Shown here: in pieces, positions 8,700 to 17,553 of the stretch
How positions within the stretch are numbered: the stretch's first letter is position 1
Layout of the letters: every line of letters begins with the position of its first letter
Notes under the pieces: generated by a model
Databases searched by the model: none
What the model saw: the letters and a program-made list of their open reading frames with translations, nothing else
What the model was told of the DNA's origin: nothing
Made by a program: the position numbers and the translations under genes
Source: Terriglobales bacterium
GTDB lineage: Bacteria > Acidobacteriota > Terriglobia > Terriglobales > Acidobacteriaceae
Reading direction: 5' to 3'
Assembly: GCA_049589875.1 (NCBI GenBank)
Contig: JBAWBR010000045.1
Span: 743-64,742 of the forward strand
DNA: 64,000 nucleotides

Positions 8700-11147
8700 A
8701 TGAAGAAAAGCAGTGGAGCAATCGCAACCGCGGGCCGGGCGAAGCGCCCGAGCGGGCCGGCCCAAAACTTCGAGCAGATGCTGGGAAAGATTCCCGACAA
8801 TGTGATTTATGCGGATCGCGATTTCATCGTCCGCTATATGAATCAGGCGTCGCTCGACACTCTGAAGAAAATTCAGAATCTTCTGCCCTGTCCGGCCGAG
8901 GAAATCGTCGGGAAGTCGATTGATGTATTTCATAAGAACCCGGCGTATGCGCGCAGCGTGCTCTCGGACCGCAGCAAGCTGCCGCACCGCGCCCGCATCA
9001 AGTTAGGCGACGAAACCCTGCAACTGCTGGTCCATGCCATCGACGATGCCAGTGGCGCTAACGCCGGCCTGATGACGACCTGGGAGATTGTGACGGAGCA
9101 AGTCCGGTACGAACAGAACTATGGCGGGCAGATCGCGGCGATTAGCAAGTCGCAGGCCGTGATTGAGTTCAGCATGGACGGCATGGTGGTCACCGCGAAC
9201 GAGAATTTTCTGAAGACGCTTGGCTATACGCTCGACGAGATCAAAGGGCGTCATCACAGCATGTTCGTCGAAGAAGCCTACCGGCAAAGTTCCGACTACA
9301 GGGAATTCTGGGCGAAGCTGAACCGGGGCGAGTATGTGGCGGATGAATTCAAGCGCATCGGCAAGGGCGGCAAAGAGGTATGGATTCAGGCATCTTACAA
9401 TCCGATTCTCGATGCGGACGGGAAGCCGTTCAAGGTTGTCAAATTCGCGACTGATGTGACACAGCAGAAACTGACCAATGCCGACTTTGCCGGCCAGATT
9501 TCCGCGATTGGCAAGTCGCAGGCGACCATCGAATTCAAAATGGATGGGACGATTGTCACCGCCAACGACAATTTTCTGAAGACGCTTGGCTACACGCTCG
9601 ACGAAGTTAAGGGGCGTCATCACAGCATGTTTGTCGAAGAGGCCTACCGGCAAAGCTCCGACTACAGGGAGTTCTGGGCGAAGCTGAACCGGGGCGAGTA
9701 TGTGGCGGATGAATTCAAGCGCATCGGCAAGGGCGGCAAAGAGGTATGGATTCAGGCGTCTTACAATCCGATTCTCGATCTCAACGGCAAGCCCTGCAAG
9801 GTGGTCAAGTACGCGACCGACCTGACGCGGGAAAAACTGGCGCTCAACGCCATGATCACCGATGTAGCCATGCTCTCGAAGGCGGCCGTCGAAGGCAAGC
9901 TGCAAACGCGGGCAGACGCCGCAAGGCACAGCGGCGAATATCAGAAGATTGTGCAGGGCGTGAACGAGACGCTCGACGCCGTGATCACTCCACTGACGGT
10001 TTCCGCCGACTACGTCGACAAGATCAGCAAGGGAGAGATTCCCTCGAAGATCACCGACTCGTATCAGGGCGACTTCAACACCATCAAGATCAACCTGAAC
10101 ACGCTGATCGATTCGATGAATGAAATCACGCACGCCGCCGACCAGATTGCGCAGGGCAACCTGACGGTCACGCTGCGGGAGCGGTCGCCGGAGGACAAGC
10201 TGATGCAGGCGCTCGCCACCATGGTGAACGGGTTGACGCGCACGGTGCGGGAGATCCGGACGATTGCAGGCGAGGTGAGCACGGCCAGCCAGTCAATTTC
10301 GAGCGCATCGGTTGAGATTTCAAATGGAGCAACCACGCAGGCGGCTTCGGCCGAGGAAGCCTCCTCGTCGATGGAGGAGATGGTTTCAAACATCAAGCAG
10401 AATGCCGACAACGCGCAGCAGACCGACAAGATCGCGAACAAATCGGCCAAGGATGCGCAGGAAAGCGGGCGGGCGGTGGTCGAGGCGGTGACGGCGATGA
10501 AGGAGATTGCCGACAAGATTTCGATCATCGAGGAAATTGCGCGGCAGACCAACCTGCTGGCTTTGAATGCGGCCATCGAAGCGGCGCGCGCAGGCGAACA
10601 CGGCAAGGGATTTGCGGTGGTCGCGGCCGAGGTGCGCAAGCTCGCCGAACGCAGTCAGAAAGCGGCGGGCGAAATCAATCAACTGTCGGGCACGACCGTC
10701 AAGGTTTCGGAGAAGGCGGGCGAGATGCTCGACAAACTGGTGCCCGACATTCAAAAGACGGCGGAGCTGGTGCAGGAAATCACCGCTGCCAGCAAGGAGC
10801 AGGATACCGGGGCCGAGCAGATCAACAAGGCTCTGCAGCAACTGGAAAAGGTCATTCAGCAGAATGCATCGGCTTCGGAGGAAATGGCTTCGACGACCGA
10901 GGAGCTGACTGGCCAGGCCGATCAGCTGATGAGCGCGCTGGGATTTTTCCGCACCGGCGAAAGCGACGCGGCGGCCAATGTATCCCGTCCGGCGGCGGCT
11001 TCAAAGGCAAACAAGCCGGAGAGCAGAGCCGCAGCCGCATCGGCGTCGTCGTCCGGATCGCCGGTCGCCAAGGGCGCAAAGCCCGGTGTAAGTCTGAAGA
11101 TGAAGGAGAAAGGCGACGCCCTCGACAAGGAATTCGAGCGCTACTAG
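8700..11147 (+). CDS. Soluble methyl-accepting chemotaxis protein with three PAS domains, a HAMP-like region and an MCP signalling domain
   Basis: ATG 8700 follows GAGGAG. No TM segment is visible. There are three PAS-like modules, two of them near-duplicates. The canonical hairpin tip is [35 protein letters not shown] long A/S/P tail ends in EFERY. Confidence 0.95.
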   Translation: MKKSSGAIATAGRAKRPSGPAQNFEQMLGKIPDNVIYADRDFIVRYMNQASLDTLKKIQNLLPCPAEEIVGKSIDVFHKNPAYARSVLSDRSKLPHRARIKLGDETLQLLVHAIDDASGANAGLMTTWEIVTEQVRYEQNYGGQIAAISKSQAVIEFSMDGMVVTANENFLKTLGYTLDEIKGRHHSMFVEEAYRQSSDYREFWAKLNRGEYVADEFKRIGKGGKEVWIQASYNPILDADGKPFKVVKFATDVTQQKLTNADFAGQISAIGKSQATIEFKMDGTIVTANDNFLKTLGYTLDEVKGRHHSMFVEEAYRQSSDYREFWAKLNRGEYVADEFKRIGKGGKEVWIQASYNPILDLNGKPCKVVKYATDLTREKLALNAMITDVAMLSKAAVEGKLQTRADAARHSGEYQKIVQGVNETLDAVITPLTVSADYVDKISKGEIPSKITDSYQGDFNTIKINLNTLIDSMNEITHAADQIAQGNLTVTLRERSPEDKLMQALATMVNGLTRTVREIRTIAGEVSTASQSISSASVEISNGATTQAASAEEASSSMEEMVSNIKQNADNAQQTDKIANKSAKDAQESGRAVVEAVTAMKEIADKISIIEEIARQTNLLALNAAIEAARAGEHGKGFAVVAAEVRKLAERSQKAAGEINQLSGTTVKVSEKAGEMLDKLVPDIQKTAELVQEITAASKEQDTGAEQINKALQQLEKVIQQNASASEEMASTTEELTGQADQLMSALGFFRTGESDAAANVSRPAAASKANKPESRAAAASASSSGSPVAKGAKPGVSLKMKEKGDALDKEFERY
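9204..9778 (+). repeat. Intragenic tandem duplication (366-nt offset) of a PAS-coding segment
   Basis: My manual alignment of 9204-9412 against 9570-9778 gives ~10 mismatches in 209 nt. It includes an 86-nt identical run (9306-9391 = 9672-9757). The flanks of the same PAS modules are much more diverged. Confidence 0.85.
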
Positions 11148-11188
11148 AGGCGCGGCGCGGCCGGCGGTTCCCGAAAAGGAGAGGACCC

Positions 11189-11701
11189 ATGAGTGTCAAT
11201 GAAATTACCGAAACGAGGCAATACCTCACGTTCAAGCTGGGCAATGAGGTCTTTGGGATCGATGTCGCGAAGGTGCGCGAAGTGCTCGACTTCACCGCCA
11301 TCACGGCAATTCCGCGGACGCCCGAGTTCATGAGCGGAGTGATCAACCTGCGGGGAAGCGTGGTGCCGGTGGTCGATCTGCGGCTCTGTTTCCAGATGTC
11401 GAGGACGGAGCGCACGCGCAATACCTGCATTGTCGTGGTCGAGGTGCAGCTTGAAGGGGAAGCGACGGTGATTGGAGCGCTGGCGGATTCGGTGGAAGAG
11501 GTAATCGATCTTGAGCCCGATCAGATCCAGCCCGCGCCGCGCATCGGGACGCAAATTCGCACCGACTTTATCAAAGGAATGGGCCGGCGCGAATCGCAGT
11601 TCATGATGATTCTGGATATCGACCGCGTATTTTCGGCGGACGAACTTTCAGCCGTGCGCAGCAGCGAAGCGAGCGGGGCGCTGTCGGAGGCGAGCGCGTG
11701 A
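11189..11701 (+). CDS. cheW: Chemotaxis coupling protein CheW
   Basis: QYLTFKLGNEVFGIDVAKVREVLDF..ITAIPRTPEFMSGVINLRGSVVPVVDLR is the classic CheW-domain signature. An SD (AAAGGAGAGG) lies upstream. Confidence 0.9.
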   Translation: MSVNEITETRQYLTFKLGNEVFGIDVAKVREVLDFTAITAIPRTPEFMSGVINLRGSVVPVVDLRLCFQMSRTERTRNTCIVVVEVQLEGEATVIGALADSVEEVIDLEPDQIQPAPRIGTQIRTDFIKGMGRRESQFMMILDIDRVFSADELSAVRSSEASGALSEASA

Positions 11702-11732
11702 AGCGGCATGCCCCGGCTTAAGGAATCCGACT

Positions 11733-12569
11733 ATGAACGATGGCGACACTCTTTCGGAGCGCGAATTCGACCGGTTGTGCCGGTGGATCTACGAGCGGGC
11801 GGGAATCTCGCTTAATAGTGAGAAGAAGATCATGCTCGAAGGGCGGCTCAAGCGGCGCATGTCAAGTCTTCGGCTGGACTCCTACAGCGACTATTGCGCC
11901 TATGTGTTTGCCGACAACGGCGAATCCAAGCGGGAGATGGTTCATCTTATCGATGCGGTTACCACCAACAAGACGGATTTTTTCCGCGAGAAGGCGCATT
12001 TCGATTTTCTGACGGGGCAGGGGATTGCGGCACTTACGGCCGGGGCGCAGCGCGAACTGTTCATCTGGAGCGCGGGCTGCTCGACCGGGGAGGAACCTTA
12101 CACGCTGGCGATGGTGCTGAGCGAATATGCCCAGTCGCATCCGGGCTTTCGCTGGCGTTTGCTGGCAACCGATATTTCGACGGCGGTACTGGCCAAGGCG
12201 GAGATGGGGATATATCCCGCGCCGGCGCTCGATCCGGTCCCGATCGAGTTGCGCCGCAAATATTTCATGGTTGGCCGAGACCGCGATTCTCCAAGAGTGC
12301 GAGTGATACCGGAATTGCGCTCGATGGTCGAATTCCGGCAACTGAACCTGATGGAAGATTTTGCGCTCGCCGAGCCAGCGGACGCGATTTTCTGCCGCAA
12401 CGTGGTCATTTATTTCGATCGGCCCACGCAAGAGCGGCTCTTTTGCAGGTTCAGCCGCCAGTTGGCGAAGGGCGGATTTCTGTTCGTCGGGCACTCCGAG
12501 AGCCTTCACCAGATGAATGTGCCGTTGGTGCCGGTTGCTCCCGCACTTTACAGGAAATCCCATGCCTGA
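11733..12569 (+). CDS. cheR: Chemotaxis protein methyltransferase CheR
   Basis: The N-terminal helical domain contains TTNKTDFFRE. The SAM-binding region reads IWSAGCSTGEEPYTLAM...ATDIS...FCRNVVIYFD. Confidence 0.9.
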   Translation: MNDGDTLSEREFDRLCRWIYERAGISLNSEKKIMLEGRLKRRMSSLRLDSYSDYCAYVFADNGESKREMVHLIDAVTTNKTDFFREKAHFDFLTGQGIAALTAGAQRELFIWSAGCSTGEEPYTLAMVLSEYAQSHPGFRWRLLATDISTAVLAKAEMGIYPAPALDPVPIELRRKYFMVGRDRDSPRVRVIPELRSMVEFRQLNLMEDFALAEPADAIFCRNVVIYFDRPTQERLFCRFSRQLAKGGFLFVGHSESLHQMNVPLVPVAPALYRKSHA

Positions 12570-13065
12570 TGTCGAAATCGAGTTGCCCGAGGTTTACCTG
12601 CAGCCGGGAGAGGTTCACCTGGCGCGCAGCCCGGCGATTCTGAAAACGATTTTGGGCTCGTGTGTGGGCGTCACTTTTTCGGTCACGCGTCTTGGGTTAG
12701 GAGCACTTTGTCACGGCGTGCTGCCTACTTGTCCGCCGGGAACCAGCGGAGCTGAAGGGTACCGCTATGTCGACTTTGCAATTTGCGATCTGCTCGAACG
12801 GTTCGAGCGTCTGGGCTCGCGACGGGCCGAAATCGAGGTCAAGGTGTTTGGGGGCGCCGACGTGCTTGTCGGACACACCCCGGCATCCGGAAGATTCACG
12901 GTCGGCCGGCAAAATTGCGATTGCGCGCTGGCCGTTCTTCGCGAGCAGGGAATGAAAATCGCCGCATCAGACCTGGGAGGCGCTGTCGGGCGCGCCATTC
13001 AGTTTCATACCGGGACCGGCGAAGTGCTTTTGCGCCGGTTGGCGCAGATGAACGCTGACGATTGA
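12562..13065 (+). CDS. cheD: Chemoreceptor glutamine deamidase CheD
   Basis: VYLQPGEVHLARSPAILKTILGSCVGVTF...ALCHGVLP fits the CheD catalytic Cys/His context. ATG 12562 overlaps the cheR stop (ATGCCTGATG), an 8-nt overlap that suggests translational coupling. Confidence 0.85.
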   Translation: MPDVEIELPEVYLQPGEVHLARSPAILKTILGSCVGVTFSVTRLGLGALCHGVLPTCPPGTSGAEGYRYVDFAICDLLERFERLGSRRAEIEVKVFGGADVLVGHTPASGRFTVGRQNCDCALAVLREQGMKIAASDLGGAVGRAIQFHTGTGEVLLRRLAQMNADD

Positions 13066-13137
13066 GGGAAGATGCAAGCGGGAAACGGGTTCGAGGGAGC
13101 GGATTGTCAGGAAATAAATTATGAGGAAACAGCGTAG

Positions 13138-14244
<1,107 letters not shown>

Positions 14245-14394
14245 GATTGGGAAGACGGAGATCAGCTGGATATGGGGACGCAGTTGCATACCGAGGGAAG
14301 GATGGAGGGTCGAGCCGATCTCCGCCCGGTACCTGCCCAGGATGTCGGTGGAATGTGGGCGCGGGAGCTAGCCGATGCCGGCAGGCGCGGTGGA

Positions 14395-15525
14395 ATGACG
14401 TCGCAGGAGCGGGCGGAATTTCTGGCGGTTTTTGCCAGCGTGCGGACGGCTCTGGAACATCTGGCGGCTCAAAGCGAGAGTGAAATCGGCGAGGTGGCGT
14501 ATCTGTTCAAGAGCCTGGCTACGCGGGCGGAGACGGTGTTGCGGCAGGCAGCGGCCATTGCCGGTTTGGTCGATAGCGAGAGCGCGGCTGCGGTTCGCGA
14601 TCAGGTGAAATCGCTGTGTGCCGCGGTGGGCCGCGTTTTGCAGCAAAGGCTGGAGGCGGCGACCACGGTCCTCGAGGCGCTTGAAGAGGAAGAAAAACTG
14701 TTGCATCAACTGATTGACGTGACGGAACGTCAGGAAGCGGTCGCGGTTCATCTGCAAGCCCTGAGTGTGCTGACCAATGTCGAGGTTGCGCAACTTGGAG
14801 CCGCGGGCGGCGATTTCCAATTGCTGGCGCAGGAACTTTCGGCCTTCTCAAAGTCCGTGTCCGAACAGACGCGCGAGCTTGCCGGCCATACTCGGAAGAG
14901 CGAGCGCACGATTGCGCAGACGCGGCGCGAAATGGCAGCCGAGTTGCCCGATCTGCGGCGCGAGATGGCAAACATGGAACGCGATATTGAAATGACTCTG
15001 GGAGCCATCGATGCCGGCCTGGTGCATCTGATGGAGGTTCCGGGGCAATTTCAGGAAGCGGCGAAACATACCTCGCAGCAGATTGCCGGCGTCGTCTCGG
15101 CCATTCAAGGGCACGACATTACACGGCAGCAGATCGAACATGTCGGGGCGGCTCTTGCGCTGATGGCTTCGAGGATCAAGGCAGCCTCCCCTGGGGAGGA
15201 TCTGCCAGCTCTCGATCTGCCAGTTTTCGATCTGCCTGCGATTGATCTGCCGCTTATCTGCGCCGGATTGAGCATCCAAAGTTCGCAGCTGAAAAGCATC
15301 CGGGCAAGTGCCGACAGCTGGACATCCCAGGTGGCCGGTTCCATGGAGGCAATCCAGCGGCTCAGCGCCTCCGAGGTAGCGCAGATCGGCCCGAAGTGCT
15401 CAATCAGGAGCGCGACTTGTCAGCGCGGCTGGCCCACATCGAACAGTTGCAGCAGAAAAGTCAGGACTATGGACGGACGATTCAGAACACGCTGGGCGGT
15501 CTTTCCAGCCTGCTGGAACTGGTGA
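14395..15525 (+). CDS. Soluble MCP-signalling-domain-like coiled-coil protein, upstream part (probably the 5' half of a frame-broken gene)
   Basis: The sequence is A/E/Q/L-rich and heptad-like. It has a degenerate hairpin-tip-like motif (LSVLTNVEVAQLGAAGGDFQLLAQELSAFSKS) and no TM segment. The last ~43 codons, after ~15396, are C/R/W-rich and do not look like protein. The start is uncertain (ATG 14395, or 14272 as in the ORF track). Confidence 0.55.
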   Translation: MTSQERAEFLAVFASVRTALEHLAAQSESEIGEVAYLFKSLATRAETVLRQAAAIAGLVDSESAAAVRDQVKSLCAAVGRVLQQRLEAATTVLEALEEEEKLLHQLIDVTERQEAVAVHLQALSVLTNVEVAQLGAAGGDFQLLAQELSAFSKSVSEQTRELAGHTRKSERTIAQTRREMAAELPDLRREMANMERDIEMTLGAIDAGLVHLMEVPGQFQEAAKHTSQQIAGVVSAIQGHDITRQQIEHVGAALALMASRIKAASPGEDLPALDLPVFDLPAIDLPLICAGLSIQSSQLKSIRASADSWTSQVAGSMEAIQRLSASEVAQIGPKCSIRSATCQRGWPTSNSCSRKVRTMDGRFRTRWAVFPACWNW

Positions 15526-16163
15526 ATGAGAATCTGCGCAAATTTCAGGATATTCGACACAGCCTGCAGTTTCTGACCTTCAATTCCATCGTGGAAGCCG
15601 AGCGACTGGGCCAGCGGGGGGTGGTGGTGTCGGCCATCGCGGGCCTGATCAAGGAAGTGTCGAACGAATGGAACGCCATCGCAAACCGGGCCGAGTCGGC
15701 GCTTGCCGGAATCATGGAGTTGGGTGGCCGGACTAATAAGGTCGTGGAAGTTTTTTCCGACTCAGCGGCTCAAGAATTGCGCGACGGACAAAGGGAGACG
15801 CGGGCGGCGCTCGACAAGGTGCGGGACGTTGCCGAGTTTGCCGCCAAAGAGTCGGCGCAAATCCAGGAGGCGATGGACAAAATGCAAGCGGAAGCTGCGG
15901 CATCGGGCGAAACAGGAGCGAAATTGGATCGCTGTTTCGAAGGTCTCGACCAGGCCCTGGGCGAGGTAGATGCCCTGACAAGCGTATTGAAGTCCCGCCA
16001 CGCGGCGGTGATGGATGGCAATCGGGGAGCGGAAATGGAGCGCTTGTTCGGCTCCGAATACACCACGGAAATCGAACGCAATGTGATGAAGTCCGCCTTG
16101 AACGGAACGCCGTTGCCCACGCTCGCGCCGGCGCTTGCCGGCAATGACGTGGAGCTGTTTTGA
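15396..16163 (+). CDS. Soluble MCP-signalling-domain-like coiled-coil protein, downstream part
   Basis: It carries a second degenerate tip-like motif (QFLTFNSIVEAERLGQRGVVVSAIAGLIKEVSNEW). No SD precedes GTG 15396. The frame is open upstream to 15246, which is consistent with continuation of the previous ORF after a 1-nt frame break. Confidence 0.55.
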   Translation: MLNQERDLSARLAHIEQLQQKSQDYGRTIQNTLGGLSSLLELVNENLRKFQDIRHSLQFLTFNSIVEAERLGQRGVVVSAIAGLIKEVSNEWNAIANRAESALAGIMELGGRTNKVVEVFSDSAAQELRDGQRETRAALDKVRDVAEFAAKESAQIQEAMDKMQAEAAASGETGAKLDRCFEGLDQALGEVDALTSVLKSRHAAVMDGNRGAEMERLFGSEYTTEIERNVMKSALNGTPLPTLAPALAGNDVELF

Positions 16164-16213
16164 ATCGCAATCGAGGGCGTTGAGGCAGCGGGAAGAAGCA
16201 CGGGAAAAACGCA

Positions 16214-16576
16214 ATGAAACGAGTTCTGGCTGTCGACGATTCATCCAGTATCCGCCAGATGGTGAATTTCACCCTGCGCGGCGCGGGGTACGAGGTGGTG
16301 GAAGCTGTCGATGGAAAAGACGGGCTCAGTCAAGCGGGCAAAGCGGCGTTCGACATGATCATCTCCGACTTGAACATGCCCCAGCTCGACGGCATTGAGA
16401 TGATCACGGAAATCCGCAAGCTGCCGGGATACTCATTTACTCCGATTCTTATGCTGACCACGGAATCGGAGGCCGAGAAAAAAAACGCGGGGCGTAAAGC
16501 CGGGGCCACAGGGTGGATCGTCAAGCCTTTCAACGCCGACCAACTAATCTCGGTCGTGCGCAAGCTGGTGCAGTAG
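16214..16576 (+). CDS. cheY: Chemotaxis response regulator CheY (single receiver domain)
   Basis: All canonical receiver residues are present: VDDSS, ISDLNMPQLDG, MLTTES, IVKPF. The protein is 120 aa. Confidence 0.9.
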   Translation: MKRVLAVDDSSSIRQMVNFTLRGAGYEVVEAVDGKDGLSQAGKAAFDMIISDLNMPQLDGIEMITEIRKLPGYSFTPILMLTTESEAEKKNAGRKAGATGWIVKPFNADQLISVVRKLVQ

Positions 16577-16902
16577 GATTCCATGGCCGATTCGCAAAAC
16601 GCGGCAGCACCGGGGCGCGAGGGTTCTGCGTGCGCCGCGCAATGGAACTCCGCCATCCTGATCGCGGCCATCGAGCAGGCGGACGAGCCCGGAGAGCAGG
16701 TATTGGACGCCGAACTTCGCAGTTCTCCGCGACCCGCCGGCAGACGCTGCTTTCTTTCCTGCTTCCTCTCAAGTCCGAAAGTGGCGAAGTGGAGGATTGG
16801 GCGCGTGGCGTAAAGATCTTGATGGAACTGGACAGCTCGAACGATTCAGGGAAACGGTGCCAGTTGCGCTGGGCATAGTTCCGCCCAGTGGAGGAGGATT
16901 CA

Positions 16903-17298
16903 ATGCGAACGCTGATTGCGGAAGACGATTTTACCAGCCGGCTGCTGCTGCAAACGTTTCTCTCGCGCTACGGCGAGTGCCATATCGCGGTAAACGGCAA
17001 GGAGGCTGTGAACGCCTTTAGCATTGCCAGAGAGGCTGGACAAGGTTACGACCTGATTTGCATGGACATCATGATGCCCGAAATGGATGGGCAGGCGGCG
17101 GTCCGCGAAATCCGGAGCCTGGAAGAAGCAAAAGGTGTTCTTTCCACGTCAGGGGTGAAAATTGTGATGGTCACAGGGCTCAACGATGTTAAGAATGTGG
17201 TCAGGTCGTTCAAGTCGCTTTGCGACGCCTACTTATTCAAGCCGGTGGATACGTCTGAGCTTCTCAAGCATCTGCAAAAGCTGGCGTTGATAAACTAG
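16903..17298 (+). CDS. Single-domain response regulator (CheY-like receiver)
   Basis: The receiver residues are AEDD, ICMDIMMPEMDG, MVTGL and LFKPV. ATG 16903 follows GGAGGAGG with a 5-nt spacer. The ORF-track GTG 16888 lies inside that SD. Confidence 0.85.
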   Translation: MRTLIAEDDFTSRLLLQTFLSRYGECHIAVNGKEAVNAFSIAREAGQGYDLICMDIMMPEMDGQAAVREIRSLEEAKGVLSTSGVKIVMVTGLNDVKNVVRSFKSLCDAYLFKPVDTSELLKHLQKLALIN

Positions 17299-17553
17299 AC
17301 TCCTCAAACATTTCGTCATGACTCAAGTTCAAGCGTGCCTCCCATTCGAGCGCTGAGCTCACAATTATCTACAATCGTAGGTCTCCTGCAAACCGAACTG
17401 GTTCCCGCCGCCAATCCTCCCAATTTTGATCATGATTTGTTGGTGACTTTTAGGTGAATGGTTAACCTGCTGAAAACGGGGGCTTAGCACTGCAGGGAAT
17501 CGAACACCCGTGGTAGAATCCTCTGCCTGATTTGCCCCTTTGCATTTTGGATC

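Noticed and set aside
17475-17520. A T-loop-like GGGAATCGAACACCC motif, a possible tRNA or tRNA fragment on the minus strand. Similar motifs occur at ~20515-20535 (GATTCGAAC) and ~34675-34695.
   Set aside because: I could not build a 5-bp T-stem, an acceptor stem or an anticodon arm around any of them. They may be chance matches or ancient remnants and are not callable tRNA genes. A tRNAscan-SE or ARAGORN run would settle it.
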